The notes under the pieces are model-generated. The model was not told the DNA's origin and made no database searches. It saw nothing but the letters and a program-made list of their open reading frames with translations. Of a stretch of DNA of 64,000 nucleotides, positions 1 to 14,383 are shown piece by piece. How positions within the stretch are numbered: position 1 is the first letter of the stretch; each line of letters opens with the position of its first letter. The position numbers and the translations under genes were made by a program. Source of the stretch: Eledone cirrhosa (lineage: Eukaryota); contig CAXHJY010000551.1 of the NCBI GenBank assembly GCA_964016885.1, positions 86,916 through 150,915 on the forward strand, given 5' to 3'.

Positions 1-62
1 CTGTGCTGTCCTTATGTATTTTTTGTAAACCCTTTGTGGTAAAAAATGAAAACATTATTATT
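1..62 (+). mobile_element. 3' tail of a LINE (Tx1-like 3'UTR) ending in (ATT)n
   Basis: Similar to the reverse complement of 14384-14450 (ctgtgctgtc.ttatgtattttt..gtaaaccct) and loosely similar to the Tx1 3'UTRs. Confidence 0.45.
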
Positions 63-92
63 ATCATCATCATTATCATCATCATTATCAAC

Positions 93-157
<65 letters not shown>

Positions 158-190
158 CAGCAGCAGCAGCGGCAGCAGCAACAGTAGCAA

Positions 191-226
<36 letters not shown>

Positions 227-245
227 CAGTAGTAATGATGGTGAT
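55..245. repeat. (ATC)n/(AGT)n/(AGC)n microsatellite
   Basis: Direct reading. Confidence 0.97.
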
Positions 246-699
246 GGTATCAACAACTCTCTAATGGTATCTGCAACACATCACACGTGACAGTATAACA
301 CCTATACAGCACCAATAACATAGCAAATATCAATAACATGACAAACAACAATATCATACAATAACAATTACATGAATAATAAAGGAAATATTATTGTAAT
401 ATATCTCAATAAGAAAAACACAACAACACCAATAAAAATGGCCAACAAGAGCAACAGGTATCAAAACCAAAAAGTAAAAAAAAAAAAATGAGACAGGTAA
501 TTCTAGGAGCTATTAAATTAAGATCGAATCATAGAAAACCTCATATACGCCCCTTGCATCTTAAGATACTGACCTATTTCTTTTAGTTCTAAGACAAGAT
601 GAGTGGAAACTATTAAAATAGATACTAAGAGGGGTTATTATCACATCCAAACCATTACATCTAACACACCGAGAACGTAAATGAATCACCACACACAAA

Positions 700-751
700 T
701 ATATATACACACACACATATATATATATACATACATACATACATACATACA

Positions 752-785
<34 letters not shown>

Positions 786-829
786 CATACATACATACAT
801 ACATATATATATATATATATCTACATATA

Positions 830-902
<73 letters not shown>

Positions 903-914
903 GTGTGTAATTAC

Positions 915-994
<80 letters not shown>

Positions 995-1026
995 ACATAT
1001 ATATATAAATATATATATATATATAC
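700..1026. repeat. Compound (TACA)n/(TA)n/(TC)n/(TG)n microsatellite
   Basis: Direct reading. Confidence 0.97.
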
Positions 1027-2056
1027 GCGCACTTAATTTTACAGACGCCCAACTATCATTAATTGCCCTCAACGAGGTCACCTGAACGTACTCATGGACA
1101 TATATAGACCGAAGAACCAGATTCAAAGGTGGTTGATGTGGGTGGGTGTGAATCACCTGGCGAAATCCACATACTCTATTAAGATTACACGTCACAATTT
1201 ACAATTGCAGGAGAGCAGGGAGTTGTCTGTCGGCCTCAGACCGACGACTACATCTCATTTGTGATTACAAAGAGTGTTTAAGCATTCGCGAGCCTTAGTA
1301 TGGTAGTTCTATCAGCTAGAAATGTTAGCCAACTCTTCCTCAAATTCCACCACATCGTCATAAAACGAAATAGTGACTAAACACAAAATAGTATTTTACA
1401 TAGTCCTAATATGGGAATTCGTAACCAGAATACGTTTCAAAATAGGGGCACAGGTTCAAGTTTAGACTGGAACTAAATAACACCAGCAACAAGCATTCAA
1501 ATGAGAATACGAAGGAACCCTTACGTTGTTGTATCATTTGCTAGAAATAAGTCAGATCTCCAGGAAATCACATCATGTAGTCTAAAGAAATTACACATTG
1601 GATAACGTATTATAGACTAAGACTGAAAAGAAAAGGTGAAATGCTTAGGCTTTGATGTAACTGACATCAAACAAAAATAAGCATTCAAGAACAGATTAGA
1701 CAAGGCAAGAAAATCCAGTCCAATCAAACCTTCACACCACACTATGTTGGGTATTTTGGATCTAATTCTAGACATGCCGCAAAACATTGATGTAGACTAC
1801 AGAGGTTTCACTTGACTCACTACAAATAGCTGGCAAATCTCCATCAAGTCGCACCATATTATATTAGATATGGAAAGAACACATATTATATTAGATATGG
1901 AAAAAACCCTAAAATGACAAGAGGGTCACACTTGGAATGATTTTGTTCTTAGGAAGCTCAACCCAGCTCATAATGGGCCACACAACATCTGCAACAATGT
2001 CAACCACAGCATACAGAAGTGTGCAATGTGGTTCTCAAATAGACTGCGGTATATAT

Positions 2057-2088
<32 letters not shown>

Positions 2089-2093
<5 letters not shown>

Positions 2094-2490
2094 CAAATGT
2101 TAAACAAGGTTCATTGATTATTCAATGAATACAGTTTTACAATAGATTAAAAGCACTCAACAATGAAGTTTTCTGGAGTTATTAATATTATTCAAAATAT
2201 TAATAAATGGATAAATTCACATAATCAAAATATATGTTTTATTATATATATTTCGGAGGTACTGTGCTGCTTTTTCAGTACGTCCTCATCAGATAAAATA
2301 CATAAATTGATGTATGACATACCTCAACTGTGCTGATGGTTCAATTCCAGTCTTGGCAGTTATTTATTACAACAAAACTCAATATTTATATACCACATAT
2401 ATAAATATTGGATTTTGTTGTAATAAATCACTGCCAAGACTGGAATTGAACCATCAGCACAGTTGAGGTATGTCATACATCAATTTATAT
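2089..2490. repeat. Family A fold-back element (arms ~2303-2392 and ~2398-2487)
   Basis: Near-perfect inverted arms; homologous to 32425-34340; TA-rich flanks. Confidence 0.88.
2237..2298 (-). ncRNA. Type I HHR (family A)
   Basis: TTTTAT-CTGATGA-GGAcGTACTG..cAGTACcTCC-GAAA-TATATA-TA-ATAAAA. Confidence 0.82.
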
Positions 2491-2700
2491 ATTATATATA
2501 TATGCAGTAATAGATCTTTTGACTTACTAAGCAATTCCACGTCGTTCTCCACCCTAGCACACTCTTTAAGAAGTAAATGAGAATTTATTTCTATTCTATA
2601 CGCCAAAACAGAATGTAAAGAGCTCCAATTAAATGCCGTCAAGCAATTTTCCCGACGCTCTAACGATTGGATCAATCAACCACCCTTCTAACGATAGATA

Positions 2701-2845
2701 TAGAGTGGCACATAAAAAAGTAGCTCGGGTTTCGTAGCATATTGTAAATACAAACGGAAGCCCGGCTGCTTTTTTCGTGTGTTAATTTATTTCTGTATTT
2801 ACACTATGCTACGGAACCGGAGCTACTTCTCCAAGCGCCACTCTG
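2701..2845. mobile_element. Tc1/mariner-type MITE
   Basis: ~50-bp imperfect TIRs (tagagtggcac...gcgccactctg; agtagctcggg/ccggagctact; tagcatattgtaaataca/tgtatttacactatgcta) with TA flanks. Confidence 0.75.
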
Positions 2846-3111
2846 TATAATATATAATAGTGGATATTTAATGTCTTATACAGAAACAGTGAAGTTTGGC
2901 GGCTGTAGCTTGAAAACGTCCGTCTCCTCCATACTCTTATTTAGAGCGCGGTAGGGGTTGGGACATATGGATGATGTCTGAGTTAGGGATTATAGGGGAT
3001 GTCTTATCTCTAAATATAGACATTCAGTTCATGATTGGCTCAGTTTTTATGAATGTAATCTTTACGAGTTTTGAATCAGACGATTTTGTTCATTAGATGC
3101 TTTGTTTTCTG

Positions 3112-3270
3112 AGTGCCAGTATCAGTAGAGGGTTGGACGCCATGCTTTCCAGCATAGTTACGTCCCTTTAATTTCTGAGTTCAAATAACCGCCAAGGGGT
3201 CGATAAAATAAAGTACCAGTAATGTACTGGTAATTAGTGGCCTTGTGCCAAAAGTAGAAACAATTATTTA
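3112..3270 (+). mobile_element. Meta-like SINE, internally deleted
   Basis: Similar to 62851-63045. Confidence 0.75.
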
Positions 3271-4003
3271 CGTAAAGGGGATTCGATGGTTGCTTGCGTT
3301 AGTTCTATATATATATGTATATAGTGTATATATATATATATGTGTAGTATAAGTGTATATATATTTAGCGTAGTTATCAATGGTGAATAGACTGGTTGGA
3401 GGAATAACGGTCTTGTTTACTTATAACTACATATATATGTTTGTGTGTATCTTGTGTATGTGTGTGTGGTTGTGTTCGTATGTGTGGGTGTGTATATGTT
3501 AATATATGTAATGAAGATAACTGAGAGTGTACAATGAAATGTGCTACCAATTAAATGAGAGGAAATTAGGTTTTGTTGCTTCTATGTATATTGATGTTAT
3601 ATCATAATTGGACTTATTATTTTAGATGTGCATTTAGTTGGTATCTATAAGATTTCATAGAAGAGTTCAGTAGATTTAGTTGTAGGATGATTGATGTATG
3701 ACATTTCGGGATCTTGCTCTTCATCAGATGGTTAGGAAGATAAAGAATCTGATTACATTGCCGACTTGACGGCAAGCTAATAAGAAAAGTATTGTCGGCA
3801 TGCCGCAGAAGAAGCGACATAAATTTCTCTTTTTTGTCACTCACTGATACAGAACAAAATTTCGAAACATTAAATTGTTTACTATTTATCTCACACACAT
3901 TGAAATAAGACTATTCCTACTATATATGGCGTGAAACTTCTATATATCGTATTTGAGCCTCATCGTTTGTTGTGCTTTTTTCTTATACTTTTCACACTCT
4001 CAA

Positions 4004-4037
<34 letters not shown>

Positions 4038-4175
4038 TTATATATCATATATATATATATATTGTCATACAGTCTCTGTTTTGTACTCCTGAAGAAGGAG
4101 TTAAGCCCAACACGTGGAACTTTCTTTCCTCTTATCAATATAAAGCGTGCTCTGTTTCTTGACTCCTTGAACTAC

Positions 4176-4245
<70 letters not shown>

Positions 4246-4387
4246 AACTTATCCGGGGAAGCTTAACAAAGATATCCCTCTTTAAGTGGAGCAATCTCTC
4301 TTATCGACTATATTGAAAATTGTGTATATCACTCCCTACTACCATTGCTTAGGTGGTTTTCCAGAGATCCACGCCACACGTACACGG

Positions 4388-4442
<55 letters not shown>

Positions 4443-4470
4443 GTTATGTAATAAACAACATAAGATAATT

Positions 4471-4535
4471 ATTTTATTTACCAGTGGTTTCTTGAAGACA
4501 GATATTTATGTCTGTCTTCATTCATCAGAAGAAAT
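4471..4535 (-). ncRNA. Type I HHR candidate
   Basis: CTGATGA-aTGAAGACAGA-cataaata-TCTGTCTTCAa-GAAA-CCACTGG-TA; 10-bp helix II, GUA site. Confidence 0.72.
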
Positions 4536-4604
4536 AATAAAAAGCTCTGTAGCCTTCATAGAGCACTCTCTTTTCCTTTACCTCTCCTACGGAAATACTT
4601 CATT

Positions 4605-4707
<103 letters not shown>

Positions 4708-5004
4708 GGATGTTTTCTTGCACATCGTAATTGCCACTAACATCTCCAGCATAGGCGATACTATCGTCACACACAAACATAACCAGAACATGAACAATAG
4801 ACTAACACACTAAAATAAACACACACGCACATTCTGTATTCCCCTTGCTCCCCCCTCAAACTCTCTGTCTCTCTCTCTCTCCCTCTCTCTTGTCATATAG
4901 TCAATATTTAGTAGACAGCCAAAATAATCCGTTATTGTTGATGGGTGAAAAGGAAGCAATAGGAAAATATACACAAAGGTAGCTCGTTATCCACTAGAGT
5001 ATTT

Positions 5005-5073
<69 letters not shown>

Positions 5074-5364
5074 GCAGCGAGTAGACACAGAGGTTTAAGG
5101 ATGGTGGAGGTGATATTAATGATTGGAGTAAATAAAGGACAAACAAATTATAAGACCACCTTCAAATACGACCCCCAAGGATAGCATTATGTTTATATAT
5201 GTTTAGGGGGTTGGATATGATTGGGCACCTCTTAAGCTTAAATAATCGCAGCCGAATTATAATTATTACGTACTTTTTCCTCCTTATCCTCTATAACCGA
5301 CACACACTCAGTAGTCACCACATGCGTATATATATATATATATATATATGTACATACTTAATAC

Positions 5365-5451
<87 letters not shown>

Positions 5452-5539
5452 ATATGTGTGTGTATGTATATATATATATATATATATATATTTCGCTATA
5501 TGTCTCTCCACCACTCCCCTACACACCTTTTGAACTCTT

Positions 5540-5571
5540 ACCCGAAGAAGGGCTTATGCCCGAAACGTCGT
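5540..5571 (+). ncRNA. Minimal HHR candidate (U4C core variant)
   Basis: AC-CCGAAGA-aGGGCttatGCCC-GAAA-CG-TC-GT. Confidence 0.6.
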
Positions 5572-5656
5572 CCTCCACCTACCCCACACTCTCCTGAGCG
5601 TGAAGCTAATAAACATTTGTCGTACTGCCTCTCTGTTCTGTCCCTGTTCAATTTTT

Positions 5657-5749
<93 letters not shown>

Positions 5750-6205
5750 TGTGAGTGTGTGTGTGTGTGTATCAAATAATCGCCTCAATTCACTCTCTTA
5801 GAAAAAGGGAAAATACACATAAGAAACTGTTGTCGTATGTTTCCTGTCCATTGGAAAAAGATGAGATGGTCACGGCTGAAATGCTTTTGAAGCTAGATAT
5901 GCTCTACAAGAAGTGACATGGGGTTAAAGAACAACGACAACAACAACATCAAACAATTATCACCCACCGTACCTAATCACTAATAGGTATCTAGGCCCAT
6001 CAACATCTAGCAACAACCGCACAACATTATCAACTAACCACTATAGCTAGTCTCATCACCTTATCTCTACCCTCTATATGTTATAATGCTGTCTCAAGGG
6101 TAATTACCCTCACCACGCTCTAGCCAGGTAACACCACTCTTAATCTTATTTCTTTTTGCCCAGTACATTTTTTTGTTCAATCTTTCCGGCATATTCAAGA
6201 GAATT

Positions 6206-6236
<31 letters not shown>

Positions 6237-6322
6237 CAGTATATAGAGAAAGAGCCCGGAATTGATGCCTTGAGCTTATTAAATTATAGGGGATGGGCGT
6301 GAGTTTTTAACTCCGTTTTTTA

Positions 6323-6356
<34 letters not shown>

Positions 6357-6375
6357 TATATATATATATATATAT

Positions 6376-6406
<31 letters not shown>

Positions 6407-6548
6407 TACGCAGAAGGGATATCCAATTTGTTGGTTATTCAACAAATATAAATGTTTATAACTGATTCAGAGCACTCGACAAGTTTTCTAGAGTATAATG
6501 TTCAATGATATTTAATAAATGGAAACTATATTTGTAAAACCATATTTA

Positions 6549-6605
6549 TTCTATTATATATATTTCAAAGGTACCAACACTTTGGTACGCTTTCATCAGA
6601 TAAAA
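6549..6605 (-). ncRNA. Type I HHR (family A)
   Basis: TTTTAT-CTGATGA-AAGcGTACCAAagtgTTGGTACcTTT-GAAA-TATATA-TA-ATAGAA. Confidence 0.82.
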
Positions 6606-6770
6606 TACAAAGTTTGTTTTATAAATGTTGACCATAACCAAGAAAAGATACCTTGGTTCATACTCATCTTAATAATTTGAAATATCTTACTTTTCTGCTC
6701 TTTACACTTCACTATCCAAGAAAAATTTGAACCGTTAAGGTATCTTTTTTAGGTATCTTCAAACTTTGTA

Positions 6771-6827
6771 TTTTATCTGATGAAAGCGTACCAAAGTTTT
6801 GATACCCTTGAAATATATATAATAGAA
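6771..6827 (+). ncRNA. Type I HHR (family A), in the mirror arm
   Basis: Inverted copy of 6549-6605. Confidence 0.78.
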
Positions 6828-7958
6828 TAAATATTGTTTATAAATATAGTTTCCATTTATTAAATATCATTGTATATATATATAAACACACAAATTTATA
6901 TCTAGCTGAGAGACATCCAGTAATATGTGCATGCATATAGAAGGACAAGCAATACATTTACTCACCCATAGAAAGAATGAAGTAAAAATTGTCTAAATTT
7001 CACTTATACGGATAAATTCCAGAATATGATGCCTATAATCGATTAAATGTTTGGGCTCGGTTACCAATCATCGATCTTAGTAACAAGTATCATCACGACC
7101 AGATAACATCATTCATCAGTAACTGCTTAAATCTTCCTATATATAAGTTCATATAACAATTAGATATATATATATAAACGTAATAAGTGAACTTTAGACA
7201 ATTTTGGCTACAAATTGAGTAAGACTTGCTGAAAGACATATTATTCTAGGATTGGGATGCAAAGAAATTTGAACTCTAACTATAATAGGAACGAACTTCC
7301 CAAGACTTCACTTTTCATACATAATATTTTGCAGTGCGTGCCTCCAAATACCATGTATTTTTATGCCGTTCTTGTTTAGTCCAGGTCAAAACTGACCGAG
7401 CAGACTGATCACATTCATTCCAGTGCTGGACATCTCATCATTTGGAAAAGTGTACTACATTGACCAATACGAATTTTGTTTTTAAAGAAAATTCAATTTA
7501 ATTATAATTAGTTATGATACTTAGATGAAATTTGATATTTTTCGTGGGGTTTAACGTATAGAAATAGAACTAAATACTATGCATAATTTCTGCTGTTAGG
7601 TGCGCTACCGATTCTGCCAGCTAGACCTCTAACAATTATTTATAACATAGGCATAAGTCCACACATTTAGAGGAGCGAGGCATCGATAACTCACACACCC
7701 ATACATAAGTATGTGTGCCTGTTGTGTGTAAATGTTTATTTCTATATATATGTGTTATTCAAGGCATGAATGTATTGCGTGTTTGTGAGTAATTTTGTAC
7801 TACGAAGACATGTTATACGGAACAAATTACGCTAAATCATCACTCAGTCCGTCATGTTTTGATTTTTTAACAAAAGGTTTTATTGATAAAAATGTCATCG
7901 GACGACTGCCTTACGTTTAGAGCGAGACAACCTGATCATTGGACACTTGTATGCATAC

Positions 7959-8013
<55 letters not shown>

Positions 8014-8100
8014 TCATACATAGATACCTGTGTGTATGTATGTATGTGTGAATATATACCTACATACATAATATACACACACATATATACATATATATAT

Positions 8101-8201
<101 letters not shown>

Positions 8202-8934
8202 CATGTAACCTTGCTTAGAGTTTTAGATACATTCCTAACAATGCCATGCTAAAGGAAACAATACAATACCGGGGCACTATTATGTAGCATTTGATAAGGA
8301 CACAAATCAAGATGTTAGACAACGCCAAAAGATTAAAAATCCAGTAACTCGCTGTCGCACCCTCCAAGCACCAAGTAATACAAAATAACCTTACACAATG
8401 AAATGTCACACGCTGTACGCTAGATGTATGATAAATATATGGATCAGGTTTATATAATTAAGACCTAATAGTATAAGGAAATTGTGAACAAGGTTAAATT
8501 AATCAAATTTAATAGTAAGCACTCTAGCCTAATCTCGATTAATTTAGCTGAATTGCCGCAGTGAGAAATAGTGTAGAACAGATTGCACCTTAGAAACTGA
8601 ACCAGTCTATTCGTCTTCATTACATATTTATTGCTTTGCGAACAATATATCTACTGCTGTATGCGCATTCTTGGTTGTGACTTCGAAGTTATATGTATTG
8701 AATGGTCATTGAGTTAATGTTTGACACTATATAGCAGTCATGAGCACCCTGCCGTCCGCGAAGATTTCTGAATGGCTCGGCTAAGTCACCTAAGTGAAAT
8801 CTTTCTGATTGTTTTACCCCAATTTATCTTTTTATCATTTTTACGATCGAGGAAAACAACGTGTACGAATTCTGAAGAAACAAATCAAAACAACCTGAGT
8901 TACCACCCTTTTTTTATTGTGGACACGAAAGTAA

Positions 8935-9010
8935 ATTAGCACCTGCGGCCCGCCTGATGATGACACATATCTCATGCGGCCCGCTTCTGGAAAAAGGTTG
9001 CCCATGCCTG
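8935..9010. mobile_element. One end of a hAT-type DNA transposon
   Basis: Terminus GGTTGCCCATGCCTG with two subterminal GCGGCCCGC motifs; the partner end was not found. Confidence 0.55.
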
Positions 9011-9024
9011 CCATATAGATGTTG

Positions 9025-9835
9025 TATAGGTGGGAGCAGTGGCAGCTCGTTAGTCTCCAAAGCCATTTAAAATGTTGTAAATGCGACCTTCCCTGATGTG
9101 GAATTCGTGGCCTTCCAATACCTAGTTGCACACCCCGCAGTTAGATCGGTTGTATCTTTTCCCTTCAGGCTCTTTAATTTGTAGCTTTGCCTTTGATATT
9201 ATCTTTTTTAATGAATTAGGTTATTGGTTACTTTATATAGTTGGGTAGTTTTGTAACATGTTTTTCATTATTTTGTCTTTTAGTATAAAGAGAGATAGGT
9301 TTAGCTGTATGAGTGTCTAGATTTTGGTTAAAAGTTGAAATATATAGTATGGATATTTATTCATCTTGTTTATTTAAATTCTAAAATTCCGAGGATATTT
9401 TATCTTGGTGTCTATTTTTTCATCTCTTCTAGTTTGTGGTCTCCTGTTGCTTTTTAGACTATTGTGCAGATTCAATTAGCTAAATTGTGTGTTGGATGAT
9501 AATGTAAAAAGGATATATTGTCGGGAGTCTGTGGGTTTGAAGTATATGACAGTCTCTATCATCTTGTTTTGTTTTGATATTAGTATGTCTTGGAAATGAG
9601 GTTTTTCGTTCCATAGTGAAATGGATGTTGGAGTTCATAATATTGATGAGAGCTTTTAATTTCTATAGATCATCAGGATTTTCATTCCACAGAGTAAAGC
9701 AGACATCCAGGAATCTTTTCCAGTTTTGTTTTTATTATAACAAATGAATTAGCTCTCATTAACTTGAAAGGTTGTTTGTAGATTTGTAATTCATGGAGTC
9801 CCATCACTAACTTCACATATGTTGGTGTAACTTAC
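9025..9835 (-). pseudogene. Highly decayed PLE ORF
   Basis: Minus-strand remnants TPTYVKLVMG (~9800-9828, RT motif B'), WKRFLDVCFTLW (~9686-9722, YxDD motif) and NCGVCN (~9125-9142). Confidence 0.6.
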
Positions 9836-9851
9836 ATATATATATATACAC

Positions 9852-10680
9852 ATTTTAGTACAGCTTCAACGAAGCTTTAGGTTGCAGCCAAGCTAACGAA
9901 TGCAGTTTCGGTGTGCAACTAAGCACTCAATGGAGAATATTACCCCAGAGTTATAACATTACGTTTAGACAGCTTTGCAAATCAAATACAGCGACCGATA
10001 GACGGGCCGCTTAGACCATAGCGACGAAAAAAACTGAACTCAGGAAAAATGTTTGACTGACCTGGATCGTCGCGTAGACATTACATGTAACACATAATGT
10101 GTACCATACAATACACATCACATGCAACATACAACATTTCCGCTAGGTTTCTGTAAATCCGAAATCGACAAATTCCACTTGCAGGGGTCTGTAATTTAAT
10201 GGCTTTTGATGACAGAACAAAGGAATTACTTCGTCAACAAGTTTTTCGTTCTGTTCCCCAACGGGTGTGTGTTCTAGCAGTAGACGGCGCAGAGGCACAT
10301 GGTTCTCCCAAAGGGAGGTAACCCCCATTTTGGCGGTCAATTTGAAATTTGGAACAAAGGAATAGAATTCCCTTACACAAACCGAATTAAGCACTCAACT
10401 AGAAGTTATCAAACAAACGTAAACAATTAATCAATCAATAGAATTGTCTAATTAAATTAATCAATTAATAGTTAATTCTAGGAGTTAATACAAATTTTAG
10501 TACAGCATCAACGAAGCTTTAGGTTGCAGCCAAGCTAACGAATGCAGTTTCGGTGTGCAGTTAAGCACTCAATGGAGAATTTTACCCCATAGTTATAACA
10601 TTACGTTTAGACAGCTTTGCAAATCAAATACACCGACCGATAGGCTGGCCGCTTAGACCATAGCGACGAAAAAAACTGAA

Positions 10681-10684
<4 letters not shown>
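9852..10684. repeat. (TA)n-embedded element with 191-bp direct terminal repeats (period 642 bp)
   Basis: 9852-10042 and 10494-10684 are highly similar. Confidence 0.9.
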
Positions 10685-10716
<32 letters not shown>

Positions 10717-10717
<1 letters not shown>

Positions 10718-10906
10718 CGAAGGAAATGTGGTAAGGAACCAGGTGGACCATAACGCACCAAAGTACTCAATACTTAGGGTAGTAGAGTGGGTAATAGGAA
10801 CAAGTAAGACCCCGACGGCTGAGCTCAAGCCGTTTCGACGGCTAATTCTGGACTGAATTAGCCGTCGAGACGGCTTGAGCTCAGCCGTCGGGGTCTTACT
10901 TGTTCA
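10717..10906. repeat. Family B fold-back (arms 10798-10848 and ~10854-10905)
   Basis: Near-perfect hairpin; homologous to the reverse complement of 31130-31264; carries the 3' half of an HHR (GAAACGG..CCGTC-GGGGTC). Confidence 0.85.
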
Positions 10907-10996
10907 CACATATATATATATATATAGTGGTAGAACACTAGAAGGTAATATCCGTAGTGGTAGAACACTCAGTCCATGGCACGAGTTAGGTAGAAG

Positions 10997-11092
10997 TGGT
11001 TACACAACAGTTAGTTCACCATCCTCAGCCGAGCATCCACTAAGGTGAAAGAATTGTTCTCGGTATGGTGAACTATCTGTTGTGTAACCACT

Positions 11093-11093
<1 letters not shown>
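10997..11093. repeat. Hairpin with 33-bp arms enclosing a decayed HHR-like loop
   Basis: aagtggttacacaacag.tagttcaccat / atggtgaacta.ctgttgtgtaaccactt; loop CCGAGCA-tCCactaaGGt-GAAAGAA..TTCTC. Confidence 0.75.
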
Positions 11094-11695
<602 letters not shown>

Positions 11696-12019
11696 ATGGT
11701 GGCTGCCAACTCGTTTTCGAGTATGGCCACTACTTTATATCCATGTAGGAGAACCCCTACCGATGCGCTGAATGAGTGTGACTTTTTAGTCCAGCCAGCG
11801 ACTTGAAAACTCTGGTACAAACACTACACTTGTGACAATTATTGACACATAGTGCTGGTCCCATGGTACCATGTGACGACAGGTGCAGAGAGATCTCCAG
11901 ATATAAAGCAATGCCTGTGCTGTGAAGCTTTTATAGTGAGCAAAGGCACTGCACAAAGCCAGTCCCACTCTCTTAACCAAGATGATATTTACCAAAAAGA
12001 AGAACAAGTCAACATCATT
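11696..12019. repeat. Unclassified microsatellite-embedded interspersed repeat (family D), copy 1
   Basis: Highly similar to 27041-27371 and 54734-55190, with the same left end ATGGYGGCTGCCAACTCG. Confidence 0.9.
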
Positions 12020-12037
12020 AAATATATATATACATAC

Positions 12038-12078
<41 letters not shown>

Positions 12079-12081
<3 letters not shown>

Positions 12082-12300
12082 ATAATAATAAATTTGTAGA
12101 CTAAAATCCAAAGAGGGCTCGATAAGGATAAATATATATCAAATATATAAGAACCGTAGAGCAAATATTTATTAAAATAACAGATTAAAGTTTAAGAAAA
12201 GAATCGCTGCTTTCACCCTTAACGGGATCTTCTGAAGATCCCGTTAAGGGTGAAAGCAGCGATTCTTTGCTTAAACTTTAATCTGTTATTTTAAGAAATA
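12079..12300. repeat. Family C fold-back (terminal part of the PLE pLTR)
   Basis: Matches 50873-51030; symmetry centre GATCTTC-T-GAAGATC at 12232. Confidence 0.9.
12232..12277 (+). ncRNA. HHR (family C) at the apex of a fold-back element
   Basis: CTGAAGA-tCCCgttaaGGGt-GAAA-GCA..TGC-TT-AAACT; the helix I 5' strand is shortened by the inversion. Confidence 0.65.
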
Positions 12301-12751
12301 TATATATATATATACGATATTAAACAAATGGAAACTATATTTATAAAACCATATTTGAAATAAATATGGTTTTATAAATATAGTTTCCATTTGTTTAATA
12401 TCGTTTATCTACTCCAAAAACTTGTCGAGTGCTTTATATCAGTTATAAAATATTTACTTGTTGTAACCCAACAATTTTAAATAAAACTTTTGCATATATA
12501 TATATATATATATATATTGGGAAATTTTGAAATCCAAACACATAGTCGCTACTGTAATGATAGCGTTAAAAACTCGAGTAAGATACTCTTAGAGATAGAA
12601 AAAATGTGGCTGCTCTATTATTCTTCAGATTCTCCGACTGTTATTACTGTAGATACAGTTTGTTTGGCTTTCAACCACTGAAACTTTCAAATCATCCAAC
12701 TGTTGCGATATAACAATATCGATTTCAACACACGATTTCACATGCATAAAC

Positions 12752-12796
<45 letters not shown>

Positions 12797-12945
12797 TATG
12801 TATGTATATATGTATATATATATGTATATGTTATGTGTGTATATGTATATATATATGAATGTATGTGTACGTATGTATGTATGAATGGATGGATGTGTGC
12901 ACATGTATGGGTCTATGAATATTTGTGTTTATATCTATATATATA

Positions 12946-13007
<62 letters not shown>

Positions 13008-13319
13008 AGAAAGAGAGAGAGATATTTAGATATAAACAGAAATATTCATAGATCCCCATACAAATACACACACATATATAGCCATAAGTATATAAATATA
13101 CTCAGATACTTAGAAAGGAGGAATAAGTGATGTATACAAACACAAACAGACAAATGGCTGCGGTCGTTCAAGGTGTATAGGAAAGCCGTTGATGCGTGGT
13201 CGGCTTTCCAGAGACCGGTAGGTAAGAGCTTGTCACGGCTGGCCAGCTTTCAAAGAACAAGAAAGTAGGATTACAACTACATCAACAACCTCATAAACCA
13301 CAACAAAACAACAACATAA

Positions 13320-13359
<40 letters not shown>

Positions 13360-13669
13360 TTTTTCTTATCAAAAGCAATGGGAAATAAACCAGGCAACTT
13401 TCTAACAACAATATGGCCAGTTTAAGTTCAAGTGATCAACCACCCATCCACCCACACACTCAACTTCGAAGATAGTTGGATAGATAGATGGATAGATATA
13501 GAGATGTATAGCCCAGAAGAGATATACAGATATATACCCCAGAAGTCAGAGAGATGAAGCATTGGATAATATGATAAATCAAATGTAATAAAGCTAGTGG
13601 AAAAGGAAAAAAGAGAAAAGCATGAACAGAAAAAGGTTAAAACAAATGGTGAACGTGACAAAAACGCAA

Positions 13670-13790
13670 TAATTGTTTATATTTTTGGCACAAGACCAGC
13701 AATTATCCAGTGCATTACTAGTATTTTATTTTATCGACCCCGTAAGAATGAAAGGCAAAGTTAACCTCGGCGAGATTTGAACTCAGAACA
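13670..13790 (-). mobile_element. Meta-like SINE, 5'-truncated
   Basis: tttatcgacccc..gaaaggcaaagttaacctcggcg.gatttgaactcag. Confidence 0.75.
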
Positions 13791-14189
13791 TGACAAAAAA
13801 CACAATAATAACGAAACATTCCAATCTTCATGCGCATCCTCTAAGCTCAGGGTTTCTTCAATAGGTAAAGAGTAGGAAAACTATAGTTTCGAATCCTACC
13901 ACGACAGTACGTCCAAATTACGAAGGTATGGTTCGGAAGAGACGAACAACAGGTAGAACAGAATACCAGGATTGGCTGAAAAACACATAAGGTGACTCTG
14001 AAAAGGGATTATAGCGCTGTGAAATCTTGCATGAATTAATCTCAACTCCTCTTATTAATAACTGCGTTATTTTTTTTCTAGGTACTTTGTTGAAAAATAA
14101 ACCTCATTTAGTTATTCCTTGGGATATCTTTGTCAGCATATGTACTTTTCTGATTGGATGTCATACTGACAGAGAAACAAATAATTATC

Positions 14190-14376
14190 ATTATTTATAC
14201 TTTTGGTACAAGGCCAATTACCCAAGTGCATTACTGGTGCTTTATTTTATCGACCCCTTAAGGATGAAAGGGAAAGTTAACCTTGGCGGGATTTGAACTC
14301 AGACCACAAAGGGGCATAAATCTATACTGTAAAGCATAGCGTCCAACCCTCTACCGTTACTGCCAATCCACTGCCC
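14190..14376 (-). mobile_element. Meta-like SINE
   Basis: Full reverse-complement match, including head gccaatccac. Confidence 0.8.
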
Positions 14377-14383
14377 TTTTAAA

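Larger units (their letters stand above)
6410..6873. repeat. Family A fold-back element (arms ~6503-6616 and ~6761-6872)
   Basis: Inverted arms each containing an HHR; tail related to 12315-12490 and 39555-39875. Confidence 0.88.

Noticed and set aside
1290-1960. Recurrent degenerate ctagaaa..gcc..tc motif blocks, also at ~5770, 7370, 21270 and 29740
   Set aside because: Probably an old interspersed repeat, but boundaries and class cannot be defined by eye.
11766-11822. HHR in family D (CTGAATGA...GAAAACTCTGGTA)
   Set aside because: Extra core nucleotide, poor helices I-III, and motif altered in the third copy.
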